Of a DNA stretch of 63,461 nt, positions 17,254-25,199 are shown piece after piece. This DNA comes from a virus. Its lineage: Duplodnaviria; Caudoviricetes. The stretch covers positions 1 through 63,461 of IMG/VR virus record IMGVR_UViG_3300034092_001286. The stretch is one strand, 5' to 3'. Position numbers and translations under genes: made by a program. The first letter of the stretch is position 1, and each line of letters begins with the position of its first letter. Below the pieces are notes generated by a model. The model was not told where the DNA came from and made no database searches. It saw only the letters and a list, made by a program, of their open reading frames with translations.

Positions 17254-18524
17254 CCTACCGCACGCTCTTCTGCTGCGAGTCCTGCGGTTGTGGCTACTGG
17301 CAGGCACAGGCGGGCGCTGGCTGTCATCACTGCGGTGCAGGTGACTGGTTGTCGCATCGTCTTGCCCCACTCACCGTGCCGTGCGATACCGAGTGCTACC
17401 CTGACTACTGGCTGTGCAGTGTGGGCGAGCAGCACTTCCAACTCTTTCCCGGTCACCCGCTCGATACGGTCGGGCTCAAGCAGGTGCTGACCAACGCCAC
17501 GATGCTGACATTCAACGGCAACTACTACGATCACCCGATGATCAGTCTCGCGCTGACTGGTGCGAGCGCGGCTGAGTTATGGCAGGCCAACAACCGCATC
17601 ATCGTACCGGGCGGGCAGGGTCTGATGCCGTGGGAGTTCGCCAAGTTCTACGGTATCAACCTGCTGCTGTGGGATTCAATCGACATAATGAATGTCGCGC
17701 CCGGCATGGGTACACTCAAGGCGTATGGTGGCAAGATGCACATGCGCAAGCTGCAAGACTTGCCGATCGATGTCGGCACCAGCATCAGCCTGTTCGATCG
17801 TCCTGTCGTGCGTGACTATTGCACCAATGACCTAGAGACGACGGCGGCGCTAGGTGCTCGTATGAGCGCGCAGATCAAGCTCCGTGAGGAAATGTCGGTT
17901 CAGTATGGTACCGACCTGCGCAGCAAGTCTGACGCACAGATCGCAGAGGCGGCCATGAAAGCGGCCCTGTCCTTCGAGGTGACGATACCTGTCGTGCCGC
18001 AGGGTGCGACCTTTCATTACCGGCCGCCTGCGTGGATGCGCTTCCAGACCGCGCAGATGCAGGACGTGTTCGCAACGATGTGCCGCACACCATTCGCTGT
18101 CAATCCGAGCGGTGGTGTGTCACCAGCCTACGAGAACTGCTACGTCGATTGGGGCAAGGATCAGGTGCGCATCGATCCGCACGGTCAGTTCGTCAAGCGG
18201 CCTGCTGATTGGCAGCACAAACTGGTCACGATCGGTGGCATGTCCTACGCAATGGGCATCGGCGGGTTGCATTCCACGGAGAGTCGTGTTGCTATGGTTG
18301 CCGGCCACGGTCGCAAGCTCCTTTCCCCCGATGTTGCATCCTACTATCCAAATCTCATATTGGAAACTGGTATATATCCGCAGCAGATCGGCGCAGTGTT
18401 CCAAGACATATATCGAGGGTGGGTTGATACCCGAATGGAAGCAAAACATCGTGCGTCTGCTTTGAAAAAAGAACTGCAGACGTTGAAAAAGATGTTAGAC
18501 TCTTTGCCTAACGAACCATCTTAG
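17250..18524 (+). CDS. family-B-like DNA polymerase, N-terminal part (3'-5' exonuclease and motif A)
   Basis: ExoI DTECY, ExoII FNGNYYD, ExoIII YCTND, GIGGLHS, motif A DVASYYPNLI. Confidence 0.88.
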   Translation: MTYRTLFCCESCGCGYWQAQAGAGCHHCGAGDWLSHRLAPLTVPCDTECYPDYWLCSVGEQHFQLFPGHPLDTVGLKQVLTNATMLTFNGNYYDHPMISLALTGASAAELWQANNRIIVPGGQGLMPWEFAKFYGINLLLWDSIDIMNVAPGMGTLKAYGGKMHMRKLQDLPIDVGTSISLFDRPVVRDYCTNDLETTAALGARMSAQIKLREEMSVQYGTDLRSKSDAQIAEAAMKAALSFEVTIPVVPQGATFHYRPPAWMRFQTAQMQDVFATMCRTPFAVNPSGGVSPAYENCYVDWGKDQVRIDPHGQFVKRPADWQHKLVTIGGMSYAMGIGGLHSTESRVAMVAGHGRKLLSPDVASYYPNLILETGIYPQQIGAVFQDIYRGWVDTRMEAKHRASALKKELQTLKKMLDSLPNEPS

Positions 18525-18542
18525 ACCTATAGGACGGACGAC

Positions 18543-19220
18543 ATGGCAAAATACAGATTGCATAGACCTTATCACAAAAGGAATGAGCCTATTCAGGGAT
18601 ATCGCACGGTCGACCACCCGTTGTACGCAACGTGGAGCAATATGATCGGACGCTGTTCAAATCCTGATGACACAAATTATGCAAATTATGGTGCTCGCGG
18701 CATTACTGTTTGTGCCCGTTGGCGGAAGTCATTTGCCGCGTTTGCCGCTGACATGGGGCAGCGACCGACGCCCGAGCATTCGATCGATCGGCGGGATAAC
18801 TCGAAGGGCTATTCGCCTGCAAATTGCAAATGGGCAACGCGTATCGAACAGGCACAGAACAAACGCACGTACATAACCAGTTCAACAGGCGCTGGTGGCG
18901 TACTCCCGACCAAGGCCGGCAACTTTATAGCCCGCTGGAACTACAACGGTGCGCGTTTCAATCTTGGTAGATACCCAACAATAGAGGCAGCGACGCTCGC
19001 TCGCAACGAATTTATCGTGCTGTACTTTGTTAATCGTGAGGCCGCCATGAAGATGACAGAACGTCGCGCTCGGCACGATAGCACGACGGGCGTGCGTGGC
19101 ATTACACCTCACGCCGACGGCGGGTACACGGTGCGTAAAACAGTCGATGGTGTACGCAAGTACCTTGGGTATCGCAAGACATATGAGGAGGCGCTTGCGC
19201 TATGGACCGAGCACAACTGA
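18543..19220 (+). CDS. free-standing HNH-like homing endonuclease with AP2-like C-terminal domains
   Basis: LY.TW..M..RC, YGARGITVC.RW, SIDR.DN.KGYSP.NCKWAT..EQ..N; C-terminal GV...LG.Y.T.E.A repeats. Confidence 0.88.
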   Translation: MAKYRLHRPYHKRNEPIQGYRTVDHPLYATWSNMIGRCSNPDDTNYANYGARGITVCARWRKSFAAFAADMGQRPTPEHSIDRRDNSKGYSPANCKWATRIEQAQNKRTYITSSTGAGGVLPTKAGNFIARWNYNGARFNLGRYPTIEAATLARNEFIVLYFVNREAAMKMTERRARHDSTTGVRGITPHADGGYTVRKTVDGVRKYLGYRKTYEEALALWTEHN

Positions 19221-20149
19221 TCGCGCGCATCGCAGAGGTTGAGAAGGAACTTGCTTCCCAAACGAGCCGTGCCAACAGTCTTAAAATTAATTTGAATGGA
19301 ACGTTCGGCAAGCTCGGCAGCAAATACTCGATCTTCTACGCACCGTCTGAATTGATTCAGGTCACGCTCACCGGTCAGCTTGCGCTGCTGATGCTGATCG
19401 AGGAGATGGAGCGGGTCGGTATCCCTGTTGTGTCGGCTAATACGGACGGTCTTGTTGTCGACATTAGCGATGAACAATACCCTTTGTATATATCCGTCAT
19501 ATCATGGTGGGAGCAACTGACCGGCTTCGAGATGGAGACAACAGAGTTCCGTGCGATCTACAGCCGTGACGTTAATAGCTACGTCGCAATCACAACTGAC
19601 GCTTCGCATAAATCAAAAGGAGCCTACGCCCCGCCAGAGCCCGGCCCGTCAGGCTGGCCCAATCCGACCACGCAGGTATGCGTCGATGCGGTCTGTGCGT
19701 ACCTGCAGCACGGCACACCGATCGAGACAACCATCCTTTCCTGCACCGACGTGCGCCAGTTCGTCACGATCCGTGACGTGAAGGGTGGCGGGGTCTGGTC
19801 GAACACACAGGTCGCTGTTGATGATTGGGTGTTGCTAATCGACACCGGCACGGCACAAAACGTGTGGGCCGCAGCCGGCGATCCGACCAAGACGGTCAAA
19901 CGCAAGAGCCGGCCGCCTGCACGCATGGTATGGGTTGATGACGTGCGGCTCGGCCGCATGGTCCGCTGGTACTACGCGACCAACGGTGCCGGCACGATAC
20001 GGTACCGCACCAGCGGATCGACTGTGCCGAAGAGCGAGGGGTGCAAGCCGCTCATGGAATTGCCGGACACACTGCCGGTGGATGTAAATTATCTCTGGTA
20101 TTTTGCAGAGGCCCGTAGCTTACTTAATGACGTGGGGGTAACGATATGA
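19202..20149 (+). CDS. family-B-like DNA polymerase, C-terminal part (motifs B and C)
   Basis: Own RBS GAGGAGG (19185-19191); LKINLNGTFGK, VT..GQL.LLMLIE, SANTDG, DVNSY. Confidence 0.88.
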   Translation: MDRAQLIARIAEVEKELASQTSRANSLKINLNGTFGKLGSKYSIFYAPSELIQVTLTGQLALLMLIEEMERVGIPVVSANTDGLVVDISDEQYPLYISVISWWEQLTGFEMETTEFRAIYSRDVNSYVAITTDASHKSKGAYAPPEPGPSGWPNPTTQVCVDAVCAYLQHGTPIETTILSCTDVRQFVTIRDVKGGGVWSNTQVAVDDWVLLIDTGTAQNVWAAAGDPTKTVKRKSRPPARMVWVDDVRLGRMVRWYYATNGAGTIRYRTSGSTVPKSEGCKPLMELPDTLPVDVNYLWYFAEARSLLNDVGVTI

Positions 20150-20352
20150 AGGTTCAGTATTTCCAACAAGAGACAGCCGACGCCGACGACATGATGCTCG
20201 GTATGGCGAAGATGCAAGGTTACGTGCCGCAAAACTGCCTCCTCGGTGGAACGGTAGTGATGGCCGAAGTACAGAACGGCAAAAGCCCGTGCGACGGATG
20301 CAACGGCCCGCGTGACAAGTGCAGTGGAAAACCGAAGGGGGTAGTGGTATGA
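20146..20352 (+). CDS. hypothetical Cys-containing protein
   Basis: ATGA overlap; PCDGC..R.KC. Confidence 0.65.
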   Translation: MKVQYFQQETADADDMMLGMAKMQGYVPQNCLLGGTVVMAEVQNGKSPCDGCNGPRDKCSGKPKGVVV

Positions 20353-20591
20353 GAGCAGATGGAGGACCGGCGTTTCCGGTGACGGCAGGTGTGGTGTGCG
20401 ACCATAGTAGCGGGACAAGTGTGCCGTTGATGGGTATGTCGTTGCGTGACTACTTCGCGGCACATGCGCTGGCTGGTATTGCTGGACATCTCAGCGGGCC
20501 TGAGAAACGCGAATATGAGACAGGGCCGCAAGCACATGCACGCTGGTCTTATCAGGTCGCCGACGCCATGCTTGCCGAGCGTGTCAAATGA
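20349..20591 (+). CDS. conserved phage protein (GGPAFP / GMSLRDYFAA family)
   Basis: GGPAFP, GMSLRDYFAA.A, Y.VADAMLAER. Confidence 0.85.
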   Translation: MRADGGPAFPVTAGVVCDHSSGTSVPLMGMSLRDYFAAHALAGIAGHLSGPEKREYETGPQAHARWSYQVADAMLAERVK

Positions 20592-20884
20592 CACTACACG
20601 CACTCAATGCACTACCGGTCGTCTCCGCGCAATGGCCTGCCTTCAAGCTCGATCCGGCGTGGTGCATGCGGTACCTTGAACTGGTGTCCGACTTCCTCAC
20701 GACGCATCGCACCTTCACAGCCGAGCTTCCGCTGGTGCATGTCATCGATGCCGGGTTGCGCACGTCCGAGAAACTGAACGATGACTGCTGGTGCAGCGGG
20801 TTTGACATGATGCTGAAGCTCGGATGGATCGCTCCGATCTCGCAGCGACTGCACGGCAGCAAGCAATGGATGTCGCTGCTATGA
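20588..20884 (+). CDS. hypothetical protein
   Basis: ATGA overlaps on both sides. Confidence 0.6.
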   Translation: MTLHALNALPVVSAQWPAFKLDPAWCMRYLELVSDFLTTHRTFTAELPLVHVIDAGLRTSEKLNDDCWCSGFDMMLKLGWIAPISQRLHGSKQWMSLL

Positions 20885-21801
20885 AAGCGTTAGTACTTTA
20901 TCATAACGCATGTGCCGACGGATACGGAGCCGCCTTTGCGTGCTGGCAGAAGTACCACGCGGACGGTGCCGACTACGTGCCGATGGATTACATGCGCAAG
21001 GACGCGACGCCGCAAGACCTGCTGGCGCTGGTCGGCGCGGTCGCCGGCCGCACGGTCTATATCGTCGACTTCTCGCTGCCCAAACATCTCATGCAGTACG
21101 TCTTCACCTGCGCCGCCAACACGGTATGGATTGATCACCACAAAGGTAGCTTCGAGATGTGGCTCGGCAAGTACGAGAAGGGTCTGAAGTACACCAAGAT
21201 CAGCAAGGACGAGCGGGTCGAGATTATTCTTGACGACAACCGATCCGGTGCGTGGCTGACGTGGATGTACTTCAACCCGAGCACCAACAAGGTACCGCCG
21301 ACGCTGTTCATGTTGATTGACGACCGTGACCGTTGGCAGTTCAAGCTGAAGGGCACCAGCGAGGCGCATGCGGCCCTCATGGCGATGCGCCCTTGGACGT
21401 TCTACAAGTGGTCTGTCATCTCCATCCCTGACCTGTTGGAAGTTGGCGGCAAGATCATGCAGTACCAGAACGCTCAGATCGAAGCTGCGTTGAATAACGT
21501 GCAGTCAATCCACATCCCTGTTGATCTAGCAATACAAGGTATGTTCGATGAGCAAGTGAAGGGGCTGGCTGTCAATGCACGGGACAACGTGTCTGAGATT
21601 GGCAACCGGCTGGCGCTTGCGTCAGGCACGTTCGGTGTCTGCTGGTCCGTCGATGGTGACGGTGTTGTATGGATGAACCTGCGTAGCACAGACAACGGAA
21701 TTGACGTGTCCGACGTAGCCAAGCGATATGGCGGTGGCGGGCATCGCAATGCGGCCGGTTTCAAAACCGATCTTATGACAATAGCGAGGTGGTTGAAATG
21801 A
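20881..21801 (+). CDS. DHH/DHHA1 phosphoesterase
   Basis: YH..CADG, VDFS, IDHHK, SGA.LTW, DRDRW, LRS, GGGGHRNAAGF. Confidence 0.9.
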   Translation: MKALVLYHNACADGYGAAFACWQKYHADGADYVPMDYMRKDATPQDLLALVGAVAGRTVYIVDFSLPKHLMQYVFTCAANTVWIDHHKGSFEMWLGKYEKGLKYTKISKDERVEIILDDNRSGAWLTWMYFNPSTNKVPPTLFMLIDDRDRWQFKLKGTSEAHAALMAMRPWTFYKWSVISIPDLLEVGGKIMQYQNAQIEAALNNVQSIHIPVDLAIQGMFDEQVKGLAVNARDNVSEIGNRLALASGTFGVCWSVDGDGVVWMNLRSTDNGIDVSDVAKRYGGGGHRNAAGFKTDLMTIARWLK

Positions 21802-21962
21802 ACAAGGTTAAATTCAAGAGCCCGACCGGCAAGGTCGTCAGTGTCAAAGTAACGCAATATGCTGACGTGTCACAGCGCAGCCCCGGTGCCAAGACGGTTG
21901 CTGAGACGACTCGCTACATGATGCGACAGGGTTTCGTCCGTTGCGGTCTGCGTGCATCGTGA
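21798..21962 (+). CDS. small basic hypothetical protein (54 aa)
   Basis: GAGG RBS and ATGA overlap; below the ORF-track cutoff. Confidence 0.55.
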   Translation: MNKVKFKSPTGKVVSVKVTQYADVSQRSPGAKTVAETTRYMMRQGFVRCGLRAS

Positions 21963-22141
21963 TTCTCTACGGCTGCAACAACACGCCGCGCGAGGACGGC
22001 TACATGGTCCGTGACAGCACGCTCGTCAAGGGCTCGATCGAGATACAGGTTATGCGGTATCACAAGAATACCAGCACCCGTGACTGCCAGTACCGCCGTG
22101 AGACGCCTGCTGATCCGCGCTGTACAGGTTGCGCTAAATAA
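21959..22141 (+). CDS. hypothetical protein
   Basis: GTGA overlap; C-terminal DCQY..D.RC.GC. Confidence 0.55.
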   Translation: MILYGCNNTPREDGYMVRDSTLVKGSIEIQVMRYHKNTSTRDCQYRRETPADPRCTGCAK

Positions 22142-22144
22142 GGT

Positions 22145-22173
22145 TTGACAATCCCGTTGGGTTATGTCAGCAT
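22145..22173 (+). promoter_or_regulatory. putative extended -10 sigma70 promoter
   Basis: TTGACA, 17 bp, TG-t-CAGCAT in an intergenic gap. Confidence 0.55.
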
Positions 22174-22266
22174 ATCGACTGCCACCCCGTTGCGTGACCA
22201 TCCTTTCTGTCCGTTTGGGTGTTCAGTGAGAACGCAATGTGGGCGGCACCTTACAGGAGGATCAAA

Positions 22267-22476
22267 ATGAAGACTCAACGCTCCACCGTCCTCGCGGAAC
22301 GTCTCATCATTTGGACAGCCATCATCGTGCTCACATGGTTCACCGGCTACGAGTGGGGGAGCTATTCCACACGGGTCGAGCTACAAGCTGCTTGCAAAGA
22401 GCCACGCAAGATGCAATTGCAGATGAACAAGACGCAGCAGAAGCGGTTCATCAATTACTGGAAAGCTAGGACATGA
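22267..22476 (+). CDS. small membrane protein
   Basis: AGGAGG RBS; one hydrophobic segment. Confidence 0.65.
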   Translation: MKTQRSTVLAERLIIWTAIIVLTWFTGYEWGSYSTRVELQAACKEPRKMQLQMNKTQQKRFINYWKART

Positions 22477-22625
22477 AGCTGCTCTACAGATTCTTTCTCT
22501 GGATGGCTGAGTTCGATGTTGCTATTGGAGTCTCTACCGGACGGAATCCAGAGGTCGTGGAAGCTGATCGTGAGATGGTCAGGAAGTTTGAAAACGAGTT
22601 GACCAAGTTGGAGCTAGGGCTATGA
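22473..22625 (+). CDS. hypothetical protein (50 aa)
   Basis: ATGA overlaps on both sides. Confidence 0.5.
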   Translation: MKLLYRFFLWMAEFDVAIGVSTGRNPEVVEADREMVRKFENELTKLELGL

Positions 22626-22711
22626 TGAATGATCCACTGATCGAATCAGCAAAAGAAATCGAAGCCCTGCGCGAGAAGGTTGCGGAACTGACAGCAGATG
22701 TCAGCTTCTGA
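22622..22711 (+). pseudogene. 5' fragment of an interrupted coiled-coil gene
   Basis: 29-aa ORF with ALREKVAEL, a peptide that resumes at 23295. Confidence 0.45.
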
Positions 22712-22728
22712 CGAAGAAAGGAAACGAA

Positions 22729-22971
22729 ATGAACACCTGCGCAACCTGCAAATTTTGGGACAAGCACGACGCCGAATACTACCTTGGGCTTGGGCGCTGC
22801 CGGGCTGCGGTTGAGTTCTTTAACGCGACCGGATGGAACGACGAAACCGGCGACCGGGAATTCACGAAAGAGGCGGCAAACGTCAAAGCCTTCACGCAAG
22901 ACGGCTCGGACTACCGCTCGATCCTGCTGGTGAAGGCAGACTTCGGCTGCGTATCCCATGAAGCGCCCTAA
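22729..22971 (+). CDS. Cys-motif hypothetical protein (cassette-like)
   Basis: AAGGA RBS; TC.TCKFW..G.C..DFGC..H; its stop lies in the CTAAC of an attC-like site. Confidence 0.75.
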   Translation: MNTCATCKFWDKHDAEYYLGLGRCRAAVEFFNATGWNDETGDREFTKEAANVKAFTQDGSDYRSILLVKADFGCVSHEAP

Positions 22972-23053
22972 CGTAGAAAGTGAGGGAGCGTCCGCAGCTT
23001 TATCGCCCGGCGTCCAGCGACCAAAGGGAGCGGCGTTGAGCGCCGAGTTAGAA
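22966..23053 (+). mobile_element. attC-like recombination site
   Basis: CCCTAAC...GTTAGAA ends, ~88 bp, directly after a stop codon; 3' end TTGAGCGCCGAGTTAG. Confidence 0.65.
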
Positions 23054-23074
23054 CTCAGGACAGGAGAATAATGC

Positions 23075-23287
23075 ATGTGGCCGTTCAAAACATTGGCGCA
23101 GCAAATAGGCGAACTGGAAGACAAGATCGCAGGAAAGAAGGCAAAACTCGATTGCATTGTGACTACCTTCGCCGGCCTTGAAAAAACGACTTCGTACTGG
23201 ATAGAGGAACGCGCCAACTTAGCGGAACAAATTGCTGCGCTGACGAGTCGTTGTAACCGCATGAAGAACGCGAGTTCTAACGTGTAG
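23075..23287 (+). CDS. coiled-coil hypothetical protein in an integron-like cassette
   Basis: Bounded by GTTAGAACTC (23047-23056) and its exact reverse complement GAGTTCTAAC (23272-23281). Confidence 0.7.
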   Translation: MWPFKTLAQQIGELEDKIAGKKAKLDCIVTTFAGLEKTTSYWIEERANLAEQIAALTSRCNRMKNASSNV

Positions 23288-23294
23288 GTGACCG

Positions 23295-23687
23295 GCCCTA
23301 CGCGAGAAGGTTGCAGAGTTGGGTGACGGGCTGACAATCGCATACATGGCTGGAGCCGCAAAAGTGACCGAGCAACTCGCCGCCATGACGCAGGAGCGGG
23401 ATCGCAACTGGAGCAACGCTACCGCGAATGCGATGCGGCTTGTCTATGCCCAAGCTCACATCAAGGAACTGCGGGAGGCGTTGGAGCGAATTGCAAAGTA
23501 CCCGCGAGTGCGGGGCGACGAACTCGGGTACGAAGGGTGCAGACAAGTAGCAAGTAAAGCCCTCGCCATTCCCGACGACCAATCGGCCCTTGATGCTGCT
23601 CTTAAGGTGGAGAGGGAGAAGATTTGCAACGTGATGGAGTTGCAACTGTCTGAGCGGCAGCGCAGAATTTTCAGGAGCATGAAATGA
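23295..23687 (+). pseudogene. 3' part of the interrupted coiled-coil gene (or TTG-started CDS at 23319)
   Basis: Frame opens at the direct repeat just after a TGA; no clear RBS. Confidence 0.5.
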
Positions 23688-23771
23688 TCCTCAGATATGT
23701 TATTGAGTATTGCTTGGTTGTAGTAGGGTGCTTTGTCATGGGCTATCTGCTTTCATGTGTGGTGTGACGAA

Positions 23772-24065
23772 ATGAACAAACTAACAGCACTCATCGAAGC
23801 GGCGAAGGAGACAGCAGAGAAGGAACCACTTGTTGTCGATGAAGACATTTCCATTCATGGAAGCACTTCATGGTGCAGGACTCAGCGCAAGTACCTTACC
23901 CTCGCCAACCCCGCCACCATCCTAGAACTCTGCGCCCTGTTGGAGAAGGCGGAGGAGGCGTTGGAGACTATTAAGTCGTGCTCTGCAACAGAAGGTGAAT
24001 ACGGTAGAGCACTTCAACGCACAATTAGTGAACCCCTCGCCGCAATCAAACAGTGGAAGGAGTAG
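23772..24065 (+). CDS. Ead/Ea22-like hypothetical protein
   Basis: L..AA..T...ANPATILEL..LLE..E pattern. Confidence 0.6.
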   Translation: MNKLTALIEAAKETAEKEPLVVDEDISIHGSTSWCRTQRKYLTLANPATILELCALLEKAEEALETIKSCSATEGEYGRALQRTISEPLAAIKQWKE

Positions 24066-24067
24066 AC

Positions 24068-24316
24068 ATGAGGCCGGAGCATTGGTACTTGAATGACGAA
24101 GATGAGTACATGTCAGAGAAGCTGCGGCTCGAACACGAACGCCTCAATAGCTTCACGTTTAAAAATTGCAAAAAGGCAACTGCTCTCTACACCGCTGACC
24201 AACTCCAGCAAGCGAAGGTGGAGGTGCTGCGTGAGGCGGCGGGAGAGATGAGCATCGCATCGGACTACGCAATCCTTTGGCATAGAGCCGACGAAATTGA
24301 AAGGAGCAAGACGTGA
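24068..24316 (+). CDS. hypothetical protein
   Basis: AAGGAG RBS; LYTADQL..AKVEVLREAA. Confidence 0.65.
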   Translation: MRPEHWYLNDEDEYMSEKLRLEHERLNSFTFKNCKKATALYTADQLQQAKVEVLREAAGEMSIASDYAILWHRADEIERSKT

Positions 24317-24398
24317 CCCTAGATGAAATTATGTTCTGGTACGCAGCAGTCCTGTTTGTTCTGATCGTTGTGCTGACGATCTACCAAGGAGGAATGAA

Positions 24399-25199
24399 AT
24401 GACCGACATCAAGGAACTCATTAGAGGAATTCTAGACGCCGAGTTAGTGGAACAAAAAGGCGAACTAGAAGGGTTAACGCTTCGACAAATGAACGCTGTC
24501 AATGCGATTGCGTGGAACGTCGCCCAACGCTTCCTCGCCGCCTACATCGCGGAACAGGAACCGGAGTGGTATCACTACTGCATCAATGATAATTGGGATG
24601 GGTTCAGCAAAGAACTCCCGCCTGATGACGCCTGCGACGAAGGGACACTAACCAAGCTATTCACCGCACCACCACTCCCTAAACCCGCACCAAAGGAGGC
24701 AGGATTTCATGACGTAGCTGAATTCTACAAAGAGCCTGCTGTGTGTGCGACCCCCTTGCCAGATTGCATTCTGTGTGCCAACGGAAACGATCTGCCTGAA
24801 GGCGAATATTGCCGTGGTTGCGGCCGCAGCAATGAATCAAACTTGAAGCGGGCTGTAAGGCTTGCGCGTGGAAGTAGCGAACCACCATCAGTGAAGATTG
24901 GCTTTGCGGCCCCGGCGTCCGAGGAGGTGCAGTGGATGCTGAACCACTTACGCGCAATCAGAATGACACAAGCTGCTGACCTGATCGAAAGCCTAGCCAA
25001 GCAAGTACAAGATGCGGACAACGAATGGGTTGCGCTGCACGCGGAAATCTATGCGTTGAAGCAGAGCCTAGCCGCTCGGGTTCCTGTTGGCTGGCTCGAC
25101 GGTCGTGGTAGGTTCTTTTATGCCGACGATCCGATGTATAAGAACAACCACGAAGGAATGCGAGAGGTGTTTGCAGCGGCGCATCTCACCGCGCCTTAA
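24399..25199 (+). CDS. mosaic hypothetical protein with Zn ribbon
   Basis: GGAGG RBS; CILC..CRGC; last gene of the plus-strand operon. Confidence 0.7.
   Translation: MTDIKELIRGILDAELVEQKGELEGLTLRQMNAVNAIAWNVAQRFLAAYIAEQEPEWYHYCINDNWDGFSKELPPDDACDEGTLTKLFTAPPLPKPAPKEAGFHDVAEFYKEPAVCATPLPDCILCANGNDLPEGEYCRGCGRSNESNLKRAVRLARGSSEPPSVKIGFAAPASEEVQWMLNHLRAIRMTQAADLIESLAKQVQDADNEWVALHAEIYALKQSLAARVPVGWLDGRGRFFYADDPMYKNNHEGMREVFAAAHLTAP

Noticed and set aside
18524-19202. Group I intron or intein in the polymerase
   Set aside because: Almost no non-coding sequence for a ribozyme core, no intein terminal residues, and the downstream half has its own RBS and ATG
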